This document shows positions 9,585 to 18,378 of a stretch of DNA of 64,000 bases, in pieces. The stretch lies in NCBI RefSeq assembly GCF_054482595.1, contig NZ_CM137008.1; one strand, written 5' to 3'. The position numbers and the translations under genes are program-made. Each line of letters starts with the position of its first letter. Position 1 is the first letter of the stretch. The notes beneath the pieces were generated by a model. That model worked only from the letters and a program-made list of their open reading frames with translations, was not told the origin of the DNA and searched no databases.

Positions 9585-11036
9585 TCAGAATCCTCCTTTC
9601 TTCTTGGACTGCGGTTCCTCGCGTTCACGTCGGCGCATTTCAGCAGACTGTTGGTCTGTGTCATAAATAGCGCCATTTGCCTGAATGCAATACACCGTGC
9701 CGGTATTGCCATGACGATTGAGACGAAGGATTAGTTCGGTTTCACCAGGCGGAACACTGTCATCAAAAGCACCTTCACGATGGATCCCCACCCAATAATC
9801 GCAATCCTGTTCAATCTGCCCTGTATCGCGCGAGTCACTTGGTAATGGGCGTTTATTGGTTCGGCTTTCCAGTGCGCGGTTAAGCTGCGTCAGAAGCACA
9901 ACAACGCAATCAAGCTCTTTGGCAAGGTTCTTCAGTCCTTTGGTGATCATGCCGTAAGCAAGGTCGTTGCGATCGGCCTTCTCAGCGGTCATTAGTGTCA
10001 GGTAATCGACCAGAATCATGCCAACACATCCTTTTTCTCGCTTGATTCGACGGCTTTCGCTGACGATTTGAGCCAGAGATAATCCCGGCGTGTCGTCGAT
10101 GTAAAGCAGGTCGATTTCACTCAAGCGATTGGCTGTTTCGATCGCCCTGTTGAAGTCACCATCGTAATCACCCTGATAGCCGTCATCAGCGTCATTTGTC
10201 GCCGGAAGGTAAAAAATATTCGGGTTAACACCTGACTTCTGTCCCACCAGTTTTTCCAGTATCTGGTCACCTGGCATTTCAAGGCTGAACATCAGAGCGG
10301 GCTTTTTCTCATGCACTGCGCAGTTGATTGCCATCTGGCTGTATAGCGTCGTTTTCCCCATCTTAGGGCGAGCGCCAATGACAAACAGAGAGCCTTTCAC
10401 CAGACCTTTCGGTGACAGCATCCTGTCCAGCGATGGGATCCCTGTGCTCATTCCCCGTTGTTCGCCTGATGGGTCAAATCGCTTCTCAAGGTCGCTAACC
10501 CAGTCTTCCATGACCTCACCAAATGAACGAAGGCCGCGACGCGATCCGGTTTTTGCATGGTCTGTCAGTTGCGTGAAAATCGACTGAATAGCTTCGTACT
10601 TCTGCGTTGCAGTCATTCCGTTGCGGGAATAGAGCAATTCCGTCGCTTCAGTCATGCGGTTGATGGCGTAGCGTTCCATTGCGGTTTCACGAACCTGCAT
10701 TGCATAGGCAACGATGTTTGCGGCGCTTGGCGTGTTCTTTGCGATCTCAGCGATATAAGCAAAACCGCCAACAGACGCCGTTAACGATTTACGCTCCAGT
10801 TCATCGAAAAGCGTCAGGCCATCTACTGGCTTTTGCTCCCGGTGCATTCTGGTTATTTCTTCGAAAAGGATTTTGTGTGGCCGGCTGTAAAATGAGTCAG
10901 GCTTCAGCATCGCCAGAACTTTCTGGACGCGCTCACTGCTGTCATCATCCAGAAGCAATCCACCAATCACCGCCTGCTCTGCCTCGATGCTATGGGGCGG
11001 CGCATAAAAATTATCGGTCATCGTGTTCACCCTCAC
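9585..11036 (-). CDS. DnaB-family replicative helicase (P22 gene 12-type)
   Basis: 483 aa; DnaB N-terminal domain and Walker A GARPKMGKT. Confidence 0.85.
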   Translation of the reverse strand: MRVNTMTDNFYAPPHSIEAEQAVIGGLLLDDDSSERVQKVLAMLKPDSFYSRPHKILFEEITRMHREQKPVDGLTLFDELERKSLTASVGGFAYIAEIAKNTPSAANIVAYAMQVRETAMERYAINRMTEATELLYSRNGMTATQKYEAIQSIFTQLTDHAKTGSRRGLRSFGEVMEDWVSDLEKRFDPSGEQRGMSTGIPSLDRMLSPKGLVKGSLFVIGARPKMGKTTLYSQMAINCAVHEKKPALMFSLEMPGDQILEKLVGQKSGVNPNIFYLPATNDADDGYQGDYDGDFNRAIETANRLSEIDLLYIDDTPGLSLAQIVSESRRIKREKGCVGMILVDYLTLMTAEKADRNDLAYGMITKGLKNLAKELDCVVVLLTQLNRALESRTNKRPLPSDSRDTGQIEQDCDYWVGIHREGAFDDSVPPGETELILRLNRHGNTGTVYCIQANGAIYDTDQQSAEMRRREREEPQSKKKGGF

Positions 11037-11901
11037 GAACTTTCAGGTAGGTATTGTCGTTAAGCAGGAAATCAAATCCCTTTTTGTGCCAGACGGTTCC
11101 GCGTTGATGGTTTGGACGCTCTTCGAACATCCATCGGCAATTTTCGCCTACGTAGCTCAAATAATTTCTCCAGTCCTGCATCGTGAACCCATGCCCGTCA
11201 AGCTGGCGGGTTATCACTCCGGCTTTGCGCCAGAACGTTCGGATCTGGTTTTTACGCTTGTCATTCAGTGCGCGGATTCTTGGCGCTTCAGGAAGGATTT
11301 CGTGGTAAGCATCGACAACATCCTGACAGCTGACGGAAGGTTTTTTCTTGTCAGACTTTTTGTCTGCTGTGGCACTCTCTAATACGTCAGTATTAGAGAT
11401 ATTATTTATATTATTGTTTATGGACAACCGTTGGACAACCGTTGGACAATCTCCGCTGAGAGCCGCACCATTACTGGTGTTTGCGTTGGACAACTGTTGG
11501 ACAACCGTTGGACAATTTTTTGCCTGAAAATCGTCATATTTAACGATTGTAAACAGGCTAAATTTCTTCCCCATCGAGCAAATATTAAGCATACCTTTCG
11601 ACTCAAAAGTCCGTAATAAGCTCCGAACTTTGTTGTCGGGGATGAATGTTTCTCTGACCAGCGACGGGCGTCCAGTTATCATCTGACCGCGATCAACAGT
11701 TATCGGACCGATATCCGTATTGACGACAGTAGATTCGTGATTAGCCTTGAGGATTAAGTGAAGCCAAAGATGTACTGCCTGAGAGTCCTTATAGAGCCTG
11801 CTGTCCATAAACTGGCGGTGTATAGAGACATACCCCATACTGGATGCCTCCTGATGTTGTACAGGGTTATGCCTGTAATCAGCTAACTTAACGACGCCCA
11901 T
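11011..11901 (-). CDS. Replication initiator, O-like
   Basis: 296 aa ORF upstream of helicase; contains iteron array inside its coding sequence as in lambda O. Confidence 0.7.
   Translation of the reverse strand: MGVVKLADYRHNPVQHQEASSMGYVSIHRQFMDSRLYKDSQAVHLWLHLILKANHESTVVNTDIGPITVDRGQMITGRPSLVRETFIPDNKVRSLLRTFESKGMLNICSMGKKFSLFTIVKYDDFQAKNCPTVVQQLSNANTSNGAALSGDCPTVVQRLSINNNINNISNTDVLESATADKKSDKKKPSVSCQDVVDAYHEILPEAPRIRALNDKRKNQIRTFWRKAGVITRQLDGHGFTMQDWRNYLSYVGENCRWMFEERPNHQRGTVWHKKGFDFLLNDNTYLKVREGEHDDR
11422..11516. repeat. Origin iterons: two triplets of ~11-bp TTGGACAACCG repeats, followed by an AT-rich stretch
   Basis: Direct repeats read at 11422-11450 and 11488-11516; encode repeated CPTVVQ(Q/R)LS in O. 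Confidence 0.6.
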
Positions 11902-12083
11902 GTTTCACTCCTGCTTTGGCTAGTCTGTAAACACCAACAAGGCGCTCTGCGAACGCCCTGTTATTTGCTGCGGCTACCACTAATCCCTCAGGTGAATCAG
12001 GGTGTCGAATCTCTTCTTTTTCCTGGTATTTCTTACGACGTTTTGTCATAATTACTCCTGTGGATTGATCCAGTCTTTCTACA

Positions 12084-12362
12084 TCAGGCCTCGAAGAATT
12101 CGCCGTTCTTCGGGGCTTTTTCTTTTGTCAGCATTCTGGCTACTTTCTTAGCCAGTTCCGCCAACTCCTCGTCTTCAACACCCCATTCAAGAACAGCCAG
12201 AAGCATTCCCATTTTTGGGATGAAGCTGTCTTTCCATCGCGAAATTTGCGATTCATTAATCCCTAATGCATCAGCAACCTTTCGCTGACCACGTACAGCA
12301 ATTCGATTCAGGATGTTGCTTGTAATTGCATTCGCTTTCTTGCGAGTACTTGTAAGTTGCAT
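12084..12362 (-). CDS. cII: CII-like transcriptional activator
   Basis: From Met MQLTSTRKK; strong similarity to recalled lambda CII (GTEKTAEAVGVDKSQISRWKRDWIPKFSMLLAVLEWGV). Confidence 0.7.
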   Translation of the reverse strand: MQLTSTRKKANAITSNILNRIAVRGQRKVADALGINESQISRWKDSFIPKMGMLLAVLEWGVEDEELAELAKKVARMLTKEKAPKNGEFFEA

Positions 12363-12430
12363 ATGTAAGTATTTCCTTAACAAATAAGAAGTTATGCGCA
12401 TCAACTTATGCGCGTTGTATTCCCGCATTT

Positions 12431-12474
12431 CGGCGGGAATGAGGACCATGACTGTTAAAGAGCGGTGTTACTTA
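12431..12474 (-). promoter_or_regulatory. nutR-like site (boxA CGCTCTTTAAC plus boxB hairpin)
   Basis: Minus-strand boxA-like sequence and TCCCGC-N6-GCGGGA hairpin just downstream of cro; same hairpin recurs upstream of N. Confidence 0.45.
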
Positions 12475-12717
12475 TGCTGCCTGATTCGGTTTTGGAAACA
12501 GGTGTGGCAAATCGGGGCGAATTTCGTAAGCCTTGATCTGCCCTCCAGTGGCGTTAACGATGGCGGTAACTTTCTCTGGAGAGACCAACCCGCCTTTCAG
12601 CCATTTGTGTACTGCTGGCTGCGTTACACCACACTTGTCGGCAAGACGCTTTTGGCTACCGACAATTTTCAAGGCTCGTTGAATTACTAAATTCATGAGC
12701 ATACCTCTTGTGGTCAT
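12472..12717 (-). CDS. cro: Cro-like repressor (HTH)
   Basis: 81 aa HTH ORF divergent from cI across the operator region; true start probably an internal Met. Confidence 0.6.
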   Translation of the reverse strand: MTTRGMLMNLVIQRALKIVGSQKRLADKCGVTQPAVHKWLKGGLVSPEKVTAIVNATGGQIKAYEIRPDLPHLFPKPNQAA

Positions 12718-12732
12718 TACTTATAACCAAAG

Positions 12733-12795
12733 ATAACTCAAGTTATAAAAATTAGCAATAACCTTTGTTATTTTACTTTGGATAACCGTAGTTAT
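12733..12795. promoter_or_regulatory. OR operator region: three ATAAC-N4-GTTAT palindromes
   Basis: Sites at 12733-12746, 12758-12771, 12782-12795, centres ~24-25 bp apart, between cro and cI. Confidence 0.5.
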
Positions 12796-12807
12796 AGATT
12801 TGTGGGT

Positions 12808-13515
12808 ATGAAAACATTCGCAGAAAGACTAAATGCAGCCATGAGCTCAGCAGGGGTATCACAATCACAGCTTGCTGACATGGTTGGAATATCTCAGCCA
12901 GCCATACAGAAGATGTCGTCCGGTAAAACAAACGGATCTCGCAAGATGGTTGAATTAGCCAATGCTTTAAAAGTGCGTCCTGAATGGCTTAGTTCTGGTA
13001 TTGGTGAAATGAGGGATGGTGCACATGAAGAACCATCCAATGTCCGTGAGTCATCTTTAAAAGCTGTGGTATGGGAAGACATTAAAAGAAACGATGACGA
13101 GTTTGTTGCGTTGCCTCTTCTTAACGTTTCGCTTTCAGCTGGAAGCGGTAGCTGCGAGCTAGAGGAATCATCGGAGTTCTCTTTGGTTTTCAGAAAGCAC
13201 TATCTGAAAAAGATGGGAGTATCTGAAAGATCAGCCAAGCTAGTTAGGGTTGTAGGGCAAAGCATGGAACCAACGCTTCACGATGGCGATGTTGTTGGTG
13301 TTAACACGCAAGATACCACAATCAGAGATGGTAAAACCTACGCTATTTGCCAGTCTGATTTGTTACGAGTAAAAACATTAATCGCCACCCCTACATCGGT
13401 GATAATCAGATCAATAAATCGCGAAGAGTACCCGGATGAAGTAATGGATAGAGATGAATTTCATAAAACCGTAAGGATTATTGGCAGAGTATTCTGGTCG
13501 TCTCATAGTTGGTAA
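12808..13515 (+). CDS. cI: CI-like repressor (HTH plus S24/LexA-like autocleavage domain)
   Basis: N-terminal HTH, C-terminal GQSMEPT...DGD motif; start set at first ATG of the TTG-initiated ORF. Confidence 0.8.
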   Translation: MKTFAERLNAAMSSAGVSQSQLADMVGISQPAIQKMSSGKTNGSRKMVELANALKVRPEWLSSGIGEMRDGAHEEPSNVRESSLKAVVWEDIKRNDDEFVALPLLNVSLSAGSGSCELEESSEFSLVFRKHYLKKMGVSERSAKLVRVVGQSMEPTLHDGDVVGVNTQDTTIRDGKTYAICQSDLLRVKTLIATPTSVIIRSINREEYPDEVMDRDEFHKTVRIIGRVFWSSHSW

Positions 13516-13757
13516 CCGATAATCAGAAGAAGACTTACGGAAGTGCGGAGGGATAATGGAATTTCTGATAGTTTTTGTTGTTGTTTTGGTCATCATTCTT
13601 TTTGTTTTGCTAAGCATTAGCAAAAAGCTATCTCAAATGATTGAACATAGCTCTAATCGCGCAAAATAGACTGGCCCCCTGAATCTCCAGACAACCAATA
13701 TCACTTATTTAAGTGATAGTCTTAATACTAGTTTTTAGACTAGTCATTGGAGAGCAG

Positions 13758-14123
13758 ATGATTGATGTCTTAGGACCGGAGAAACGCAGACGGCGTACTA
13801 CACAGGAAAAGATCGCTATTGTTCAGCAGAGTTTTGAACCGGGAATGACAGTCTCCCTTGTTGCCCGGCAACACGGTGTGGCAGCCAGCCAGTTATTTCT
13901 CTGGCGCAAGCAATACCAGGAGGGAAGTCTTACTGCTGTGGCCGCAGGAGAACAGGTCGTTCCTGCCTCTGAACTTGCTGCCGCCATGAAGCAGATTAAA
14001 GAACTCCAGCGCCTGCTCGGCAAAAAAACGATGGAAAATGAACTCCTTAAAGAAGCCGTTGAATACGGGCGTGCAAAAAAGTGGATAGCGCACGCGCCCT
14101 TATTGCCCGGGGATGGGGAGTAA
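13758..14123 (+). CDS. insC: IS2 transposase OrfA (InsC)
   Basis: 121 aa [26 protein letters not shown]..., matches IS2 InsC. Confidence 0.9.
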
Positions 14124-14986
14124 GCTTAGTCAGCCGTTGTCTCCGGGTGTCGCGTGCGCAGTTGCACGTCATTCTCAGACGAACCGATGACTGGAAAGAT
14201 GGTCGCCGCAGCCGTCACTCAGATGATACGGATGTGCTTCTCCGTATACACCATGTTATCGGAGAGCTGCCCACATATGGTTATCGTCGGGTATGGGCGC
14301 TGCTTCGCAGACAGGCCGAACTTGATGGTATGCCTGCGATCAATGCCAAACGTATTTACCGGATCATGCGCCAGAATGCGCTGTTGCTTGAGCGAAAACC
14401 CGCTGTACCGCCATCGAAACGGGCACATACCGGCAGAGTGGCTGTGAAAGAAAGTAATCAGCGATGGTGCTCTGACGGGTTCGAGTTCCGCTGTGATAAC
14501 GGAGAAAAACTGCGAGTCACGTTCGCGCTGGACTGCTGTGACCGTGAGGCACTGCACTGGGCGGTCACTACGGGCGGCTTCAACAGTGAAACAGTACAGG
14601 ACGTCATGCTGGGAGCGGTGGAACGCCGTTTCGGCAACGAGCTTCCGGCGTCTCCAGTAGAGTGGCTGACGGATAATGGTTCATGCTACCGGGCTAATGA
14701 AACACGGCAGTTTGCCCGGATGTTGGGGCTTGAACCGAAGAACACGGCGGTGCGGAGTCCGGAGAGTAACGGCATAGCAGAGAGCTTCGTGAAAACGATA
14801 AAGCGTGACTACATCAGTGTCATGCCCAAACCAGACGGGTTAACGGCAGCAAAGAACCTTGCAGAGGCATTCGAGCATTATAACGAATGGCATCCGCATA
14901 GTGCACTGGGTTATCGCTCGCCACGGGAATATCTACGGCAGCAAGCCAGTAATGGGTTAAGTGATAACAGGTGTCTGGAAATATAG
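14081..14986 (+). CDS. insD: IS2 transposase OrfB (InsD)
   Basis: 301 aa ORF overlapping insC as in IS2. Confidence 0.9.
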
Positions 14987-15193
14987 GGGCAAATCCACAA
15001 AAGAAGAAGAGCATCTAATTGATATAAAAGAGATTCTATCTGATATAAAAATCACATTAGATGAAATAAAATACACAACAGATCTAATTGAACAGTATAA
15101 AATACCAACCCCAAACGAGAGAAAAGCAATAGATCAATATCGTATTGACTTAGAAATCGACGAAATGCTAAGCAAAAGAAAAGACTAAAAACA

Positions 15194-15220
15194 CCCGGCC
15201 TCAGCGCCGGGTTTTCTTTT
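15194..15220 (+). terminator. Rho-independent terminator after the rex-locus gene
   Basis: CCCGGC-loop-GCCGGG hairpin followed by TTTTCTTTT. Confidence 0.5.
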
Positions 15221-15385
15221 CCTGCCGTTCACCACCCAATCACCCATCATCATCATAGACAAGCATCAAGCCAAAGGTAACACCTTCACCCCGCACGCAA
15301 GCCCTCAAACACCAATCAATCAGCAACATTTACAAAAATAAAATACATTTGTTATCCATCACTTATAACTTATTTACCACAAAAT

Positions 15386-15424
15386 ATAAGTTAGGTTATT
15401 GACCACACCTATAACCTAAGTTAT
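15386..15424. promoter_or_regulatory. OL operator region: two ATAAC/G-N4-GTTAT sites flanking a putative pL -35 TTGACC
   Basis: Sites at 15386-15399 and 15411-15424, same half-sites as OR. Confidence 0.45.
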
Positions 15425-15472
15425 CTTTAAGCCATCAGCAGGACGCTGGTAGCCAAACGGAACAGATTGGCA

Positions 15473-15515
15473 GGCTCTTTAACATTGATGGGATTGTCCC
15501 GCCGAAATGCGGGAA
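15473..15515 (+). promoter_or_regulatory. nutL-like site (boxA GCTCTTTAACA plus boxB hairpin)
   Basis: boxA-like sequence at 15473-15484 and TCCCGC-N6-GCGGGA hairpin at 15497-15515 upstream of N. Confidence 0.45.
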
Positions 15516-15708
15516 CCAAAGAGTAGTTGGCTTTGGGATTGGATGAATGAGCAGGCTGATGCTCGACCAATGTATAAACAGCGCTCATGGCAAGCAGTAA
15601 CCAATCTGCGCCTCAAGACAGCGTCACTGGTAGTGCGGGCGCTCTAACCAGTAAGCCGGAATTCAGCACCGGCCATCCAATCACCAAAGTCAATCATCGG
15701 AGGTCAAC

Positions 15709-16008
15709 ATGACAGTAGTCATTACATATCTGGCTGACGATAACGCCAGAAATCGCCGCAGAGCACGCAGACAGACTCAACGTGAACAGGCAATGCAAGA
15801 GCAGCGACTGGCGCGAAAAATTGCGCTAAAGCTCTCTGGTTGCGTCAGAGCAGATAAAGCAGCATCACTCGGAAGCCTTCGCTGCAAGAAGGCAGAAGAA
15901 GTCGAGCGTAAACAGAACCGTATTTACTACCGCAAGCCACGCAGTGAAATGGGTGTGACTTGTGTTGGTCGCCAGAAAATGAAATTAGGCAGCAAACCAC
16001 TTATTTGA
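15709..16008 (+). CDS. N: Antiterminator N-like
   Basis: 99 aa; arginine-rich N-terminus NARNRRRARRQ; C-terminus matches recalled lambda N (R.YY.KP....G.TC.GRQK.K..S.PLI). Confidence 0.7.
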   Translation: MTVVITYLADDNARNRRRARRQTQREQAMQEQRLARKIALKLSGCVRADKAASLGSLRCKKAEEVERKQNRIYYRKPRSEMGVTCVGRQKMKLGSKPLI

Positions 16009-16016
16009 GGTGAGAT

Positions 16017-16439
16017 GTGGAAGAACAAGCAAACAAGATTCTCGTAGAACTACTGCAAAAAGCCAGCAATGGAATAGACGCGGCTGTTTCATTTAGCCAG
16101 GCACAGATTCCTGATGTTGTTCATCAGTTGCTAATATGGAGTTTTGTCCATAGCGCACTTTTCCAAGTGACTGGGTTGTTGCTTTTAATTGCAGCAATGA
16201 AACTTCCTAGTTTTGCAAGAACGGCAAGAAATAATGGCGAGAGATGGACGTCTTTCGATGGATGTCCAAATGATGGATATTTTATATCTTCGTTTTATTA
16301 CGATATATGCACTGTATTTGCTCCTGTATTTGGCCCAATTATTGGCGTTTTAATTATTGCCTTCAATTTCGAATGGTTGAAGATTTGGCTTGCACCTAAG
16401 TTATTCCTAATTGAATATGCAGCGTCATTGGTTAAGTAA
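16017..16439 (+). CDS. Predicted multi-pass membrane protein in the early-left operon (SieB position)
   Basis: 140 aa, GTG start after SD GAGGTGAG; several hydrophobic segments; family not recognised. Confidence 0.4.
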   Translation: MEEQANKILVELLQKASNGIDAAVSFSQAQIPDVVHQLLIWSFVHSALFQVTGLLLLIAAMKLPSFARTARNNGERWTSFDGCPNDGYFISSFYYDICTVFAPVFGPIIGVLIIAFNFEWLKIWLAPKLFLIEYAASLVK

Positions 16440-16490
16440 TTTCAGGCCGAATATTCGGCCTTTATTTTTAGCATAAACAACAGAGGTGAA

Positions 16491-16625
16491 TATGAACGCA
16501 GTTGAATTTACAAAATGGATGGCAGAGCAAGATATCACAGGAGCCGACGAAAAGGCTGTGTACTACATGGCTATGCTATGGATTCACAAAGCAAAAGAGG
16601 CTGCAAATGCTCTTGGAGGTGAGTG
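16491..16625 (+). CDS. Small hypothetical phage protein
   Basis: 44-codon ORF found by translation (MNAVEFTKWMAEQDITGADEKAVYYMAMLWIHKAKEAANALGGE). Confidence 0.25.
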
Positions 16626-16826
16626 ATGTGCGAGTTTTATGAAGCAGATATCAAACGCCCAGAAATGGCAAGTGATGCGACATTACGTGATTACTTCGCA
16701 GCAAAGGCTATGCAAGCAATGATTAGCAATCCATCGATTATCGATAATGATTCTGATGGAGATGTTAATTATGCAGCAAGCGCTGCATATAAGTTTGCAG
16801 ACGCAATGCTCAAAGCTCGCGAATAA
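16623..16826 (+). CDS. Hypothetical phage protein
   Basis: 67 aa ORF, acidic, no recognised family. Confidence 0.3.
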   Translation: MMCEFYEADIKRPEMASDATLRDYFAAKAMQAMISNPSIIDNDSDGDVNYAASAAYKFADAMLKARE

Positions 16827-16961
16827 GCACTGTGTATTCATTCCAACGAGTGAATACACGGAGCAATGTCGCTCGTAACTAAACAGGAGCCGACTTGTTC
16901 TGATTGTTGGAAATCTTCTTTGCCCTCCAGTGTGAGGGCAATTTTTTTTGATGGAGGATAT

Positions 16962-17930
16962 ATGAGTGAAGTAACAGATTTAGTTGTTATTGAAAAAGCA
17001 AATGCAATGACTGTATTTCAGTCTGCCGACCAGATTGAAGAAATTCTCCAAAAGGTTGAACGTGAAGTTATGTCATTTGTGCCTGATATCACAACGGCAA
17101 AGGGCAGAAAGGAGATCGCTTCTCTGGCGTATAAAGTTGCGCAGACGAAAACATATCTCGATGGTCTTGGCAAAGACCTTGTTGCTGAACTGAAGGAAAT
17201 TCCAAAGCTAATTGATGCCAACCGCAAGACAGTGCGCGATCGCCTTGATGAACTGAAAGCCAAGGCGCGCCAGCCTCTTACTGATTATGAGGAAGAACAG
17301 GCGCGGATTAAAGCCGAAGAAGAAGCTAAGGCAGCAGCTGAAGCTCTCGCAAAGCAAATTGAGTCTGACCATGAAATAGCGATTTTGATGGATCGCGAAT
17401 TTGACCGCCAAAGAGAAGAGGCAAGACTCAAAGCGGAGCAGGAAAAGCGAGAGCATGAAGAACGATTAAAAAGAGAAGCTGAAGAGAAAGCCAGAGCTGA
17501 AGCCGAAGCAAAGGCAAAAGCCGAAATTGAAGCAGCAGCAAGACGAGAAGCAGAGGCTAAGGCCGCAGCGGAACGTGCAGAGCGTGAACGCATTGAAGCC
17601 GAGCAACGAGCACAGCGCGAAGCAAAAGAGGCAGCAGAACGAGCTGAAAGAGAAAAGCATGCGGCAATTGAAGCAGAACGCCGTAAAGCACAGGAGGAGG
17701 CAGAACGAATCCGGCGCGAGGCTGAAGCAAAAGAGCAAGCCAGAATAGCAGAAGAAAAAAGAATCAAGGACGAAGAAGAGCGTAGAGCAAAGGATAAAGC
17801 TCACCGGAAAGAAGTAAATAACAAAATACTTGCTGACCTTATCAAGGTTGGCGCATCAGAAGATGTTGCTAAAAATATCATAACAGCCATCGTAAAAGGC
17901 GAAGTATTCGCAACAAAAATAACCTACTAA
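16962..17930 (+). CDS. Coiled-coil protein with long Ala/Glu/Lys/Arg-rich region
   Basis: Start set at Met after SD GGAGGA; central ~150 aa EAEAKAKAEIEAAARREAEAK-type repeats. Confidence 0.4.
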   Translation: MSEVTDLVVIEKANAMTVFQSADQIEEILQKVEREVMSFVPDITTAKGRKEIASLAYKVAQTKTYLDGLGKDLVAELKEIPKLIDANRKTVRDRLDELKAKARQPLTDYEEEQARIKAEEEAKAAAEALAKQIESDHEIAILMDREFDRQREEARLKAEQEKREHEERLKREAEEKARAEAEAKAKAEIEAAARREAEAKAAAERAERERIEAEQRAQREAKEAAERAEREKHAAIEAERRKAQEEAERIRREAEAKEQARIAEEKRIKDEEERRAKDKAHRKEVNNKILADLIKVGASEDVAKNIITAIVKGEVFATKITY

Positions 17931-17954
17931 TAAAACCAACATAAGGAACCACCC

Positions 17955-18086
17955 ATGATTTACGCAATCGCGGGAGGCGCTCGCATGGGTGCCTTCCAAT
18001 TAAATGAATCTTTACTTGAACGAATCACCCGTAAATTACGTGACGGATGGAAAAGAGTTGAGGTCTTATTATGCGCAATGAAATAG
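17955..18086 (+). CDS. cIII: CIII-like protease inhibitor
   Basis: 43 aa; ESLLERITRKLRDGWKR matches recalled lambda CIII core. Confidence 0.7.
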   Translation: MIYAIAGGARMGAFQLNESLLERITRKLRDGWKRVEVLLCAMK

Positions 18087-18223
18087 CCATTAATCACCAG
18101 ATGCTTCGTGCGGCACAAAACAAAGCAGTAATAGCCAGATTTATTGGTGATTCCAAAATGTGGCTTGAAGCAAATAAAGCGATGAAATCAGCTATCAACC
18201 TTCCGTGGTATCGCAGGAAATGA
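18071..18223 (+). CDS. kil: Kil-like host division inhibitor
   Basis: 50 aa; QNKAVIARFIGDSKMWLEANKAMKS resembles recalled lambda Kil; position after cIII. Confidence 0.55.
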   Translation: MRNEIAINHQMLRAAQNKAVIARFIGDSKMWLEANKAMKSAINLPWYRRK

Positions 18224-18378
18224 GTTTTACAGATAACTGGTCAGACGAAGAATTCATTCGTCAGATGAAAGATTTAATCGGTAACGAAGGAGATATTCAT
18301 GTCACTTGCAACCACAGTGAAGGAGAGCAAGTTACAGAGACGCATGTACACGCAGAAAGCTCTCTGGTATCGCCATAA
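18220..18378 (+). CDS. Small hypothetical phage protein
   Basis: 52-codon ORF by translation; no family recognised. Confidence 0.2.
   Translation: MSFTDNWSDEEFIRQMKDLIGNEGDIHVTCNHSEGEQVTETHVHAESSLVSP

Larger units (their letters stand above)
13667..14997 (+). mobile_element. IS2 insertion sequence (1331 bp)
   Basis: Ends TAGACTGGCCCCCTG... and ...GGGGCAAATCCA; flanked by 5-bp direct repeat CAAAA (13662-13666 and 14998-15002); contains insC/insD. Confidence 0.9.
13556..15188 (+). pseudogene. Small membrane-protein gene at the rex-equivalent locus, split in frame by IS2
   Basis: 37-codon ORF with SD ends at a TAG supplied by the IS2 terminus; the frame resumes after the right target duplication (reconstructed ~99 aa). 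Confidence 0.55.

Noticed and set aside
11418-11616. Short ORFs on both strands (62 aa, 61 aa) across the iteron region
   Set aside because: Alternate-frame translations of the ori repeats inside the O-like gene.
12383-12410. Direct repeat A(G/C)TTATGCGC…ACTTATGCGCG between cII and cro, considered as a CII-binding site
   Set aside because: Does not match the TTGC-N6-TTGC CII recognition pattern and lies in the expected tR1/nutR spacer; insufficient evidence for a regulatory role.
17285-17804. Minus-strand ORFs (160 aa, 112 aa) antisense to the prophage coiled-coil gene
   Set aside because: Low-complexity Ala/Ser/Cys-rich translations produced by the repetitive GAA/GCA-rich sense strand; not plausible proteins.
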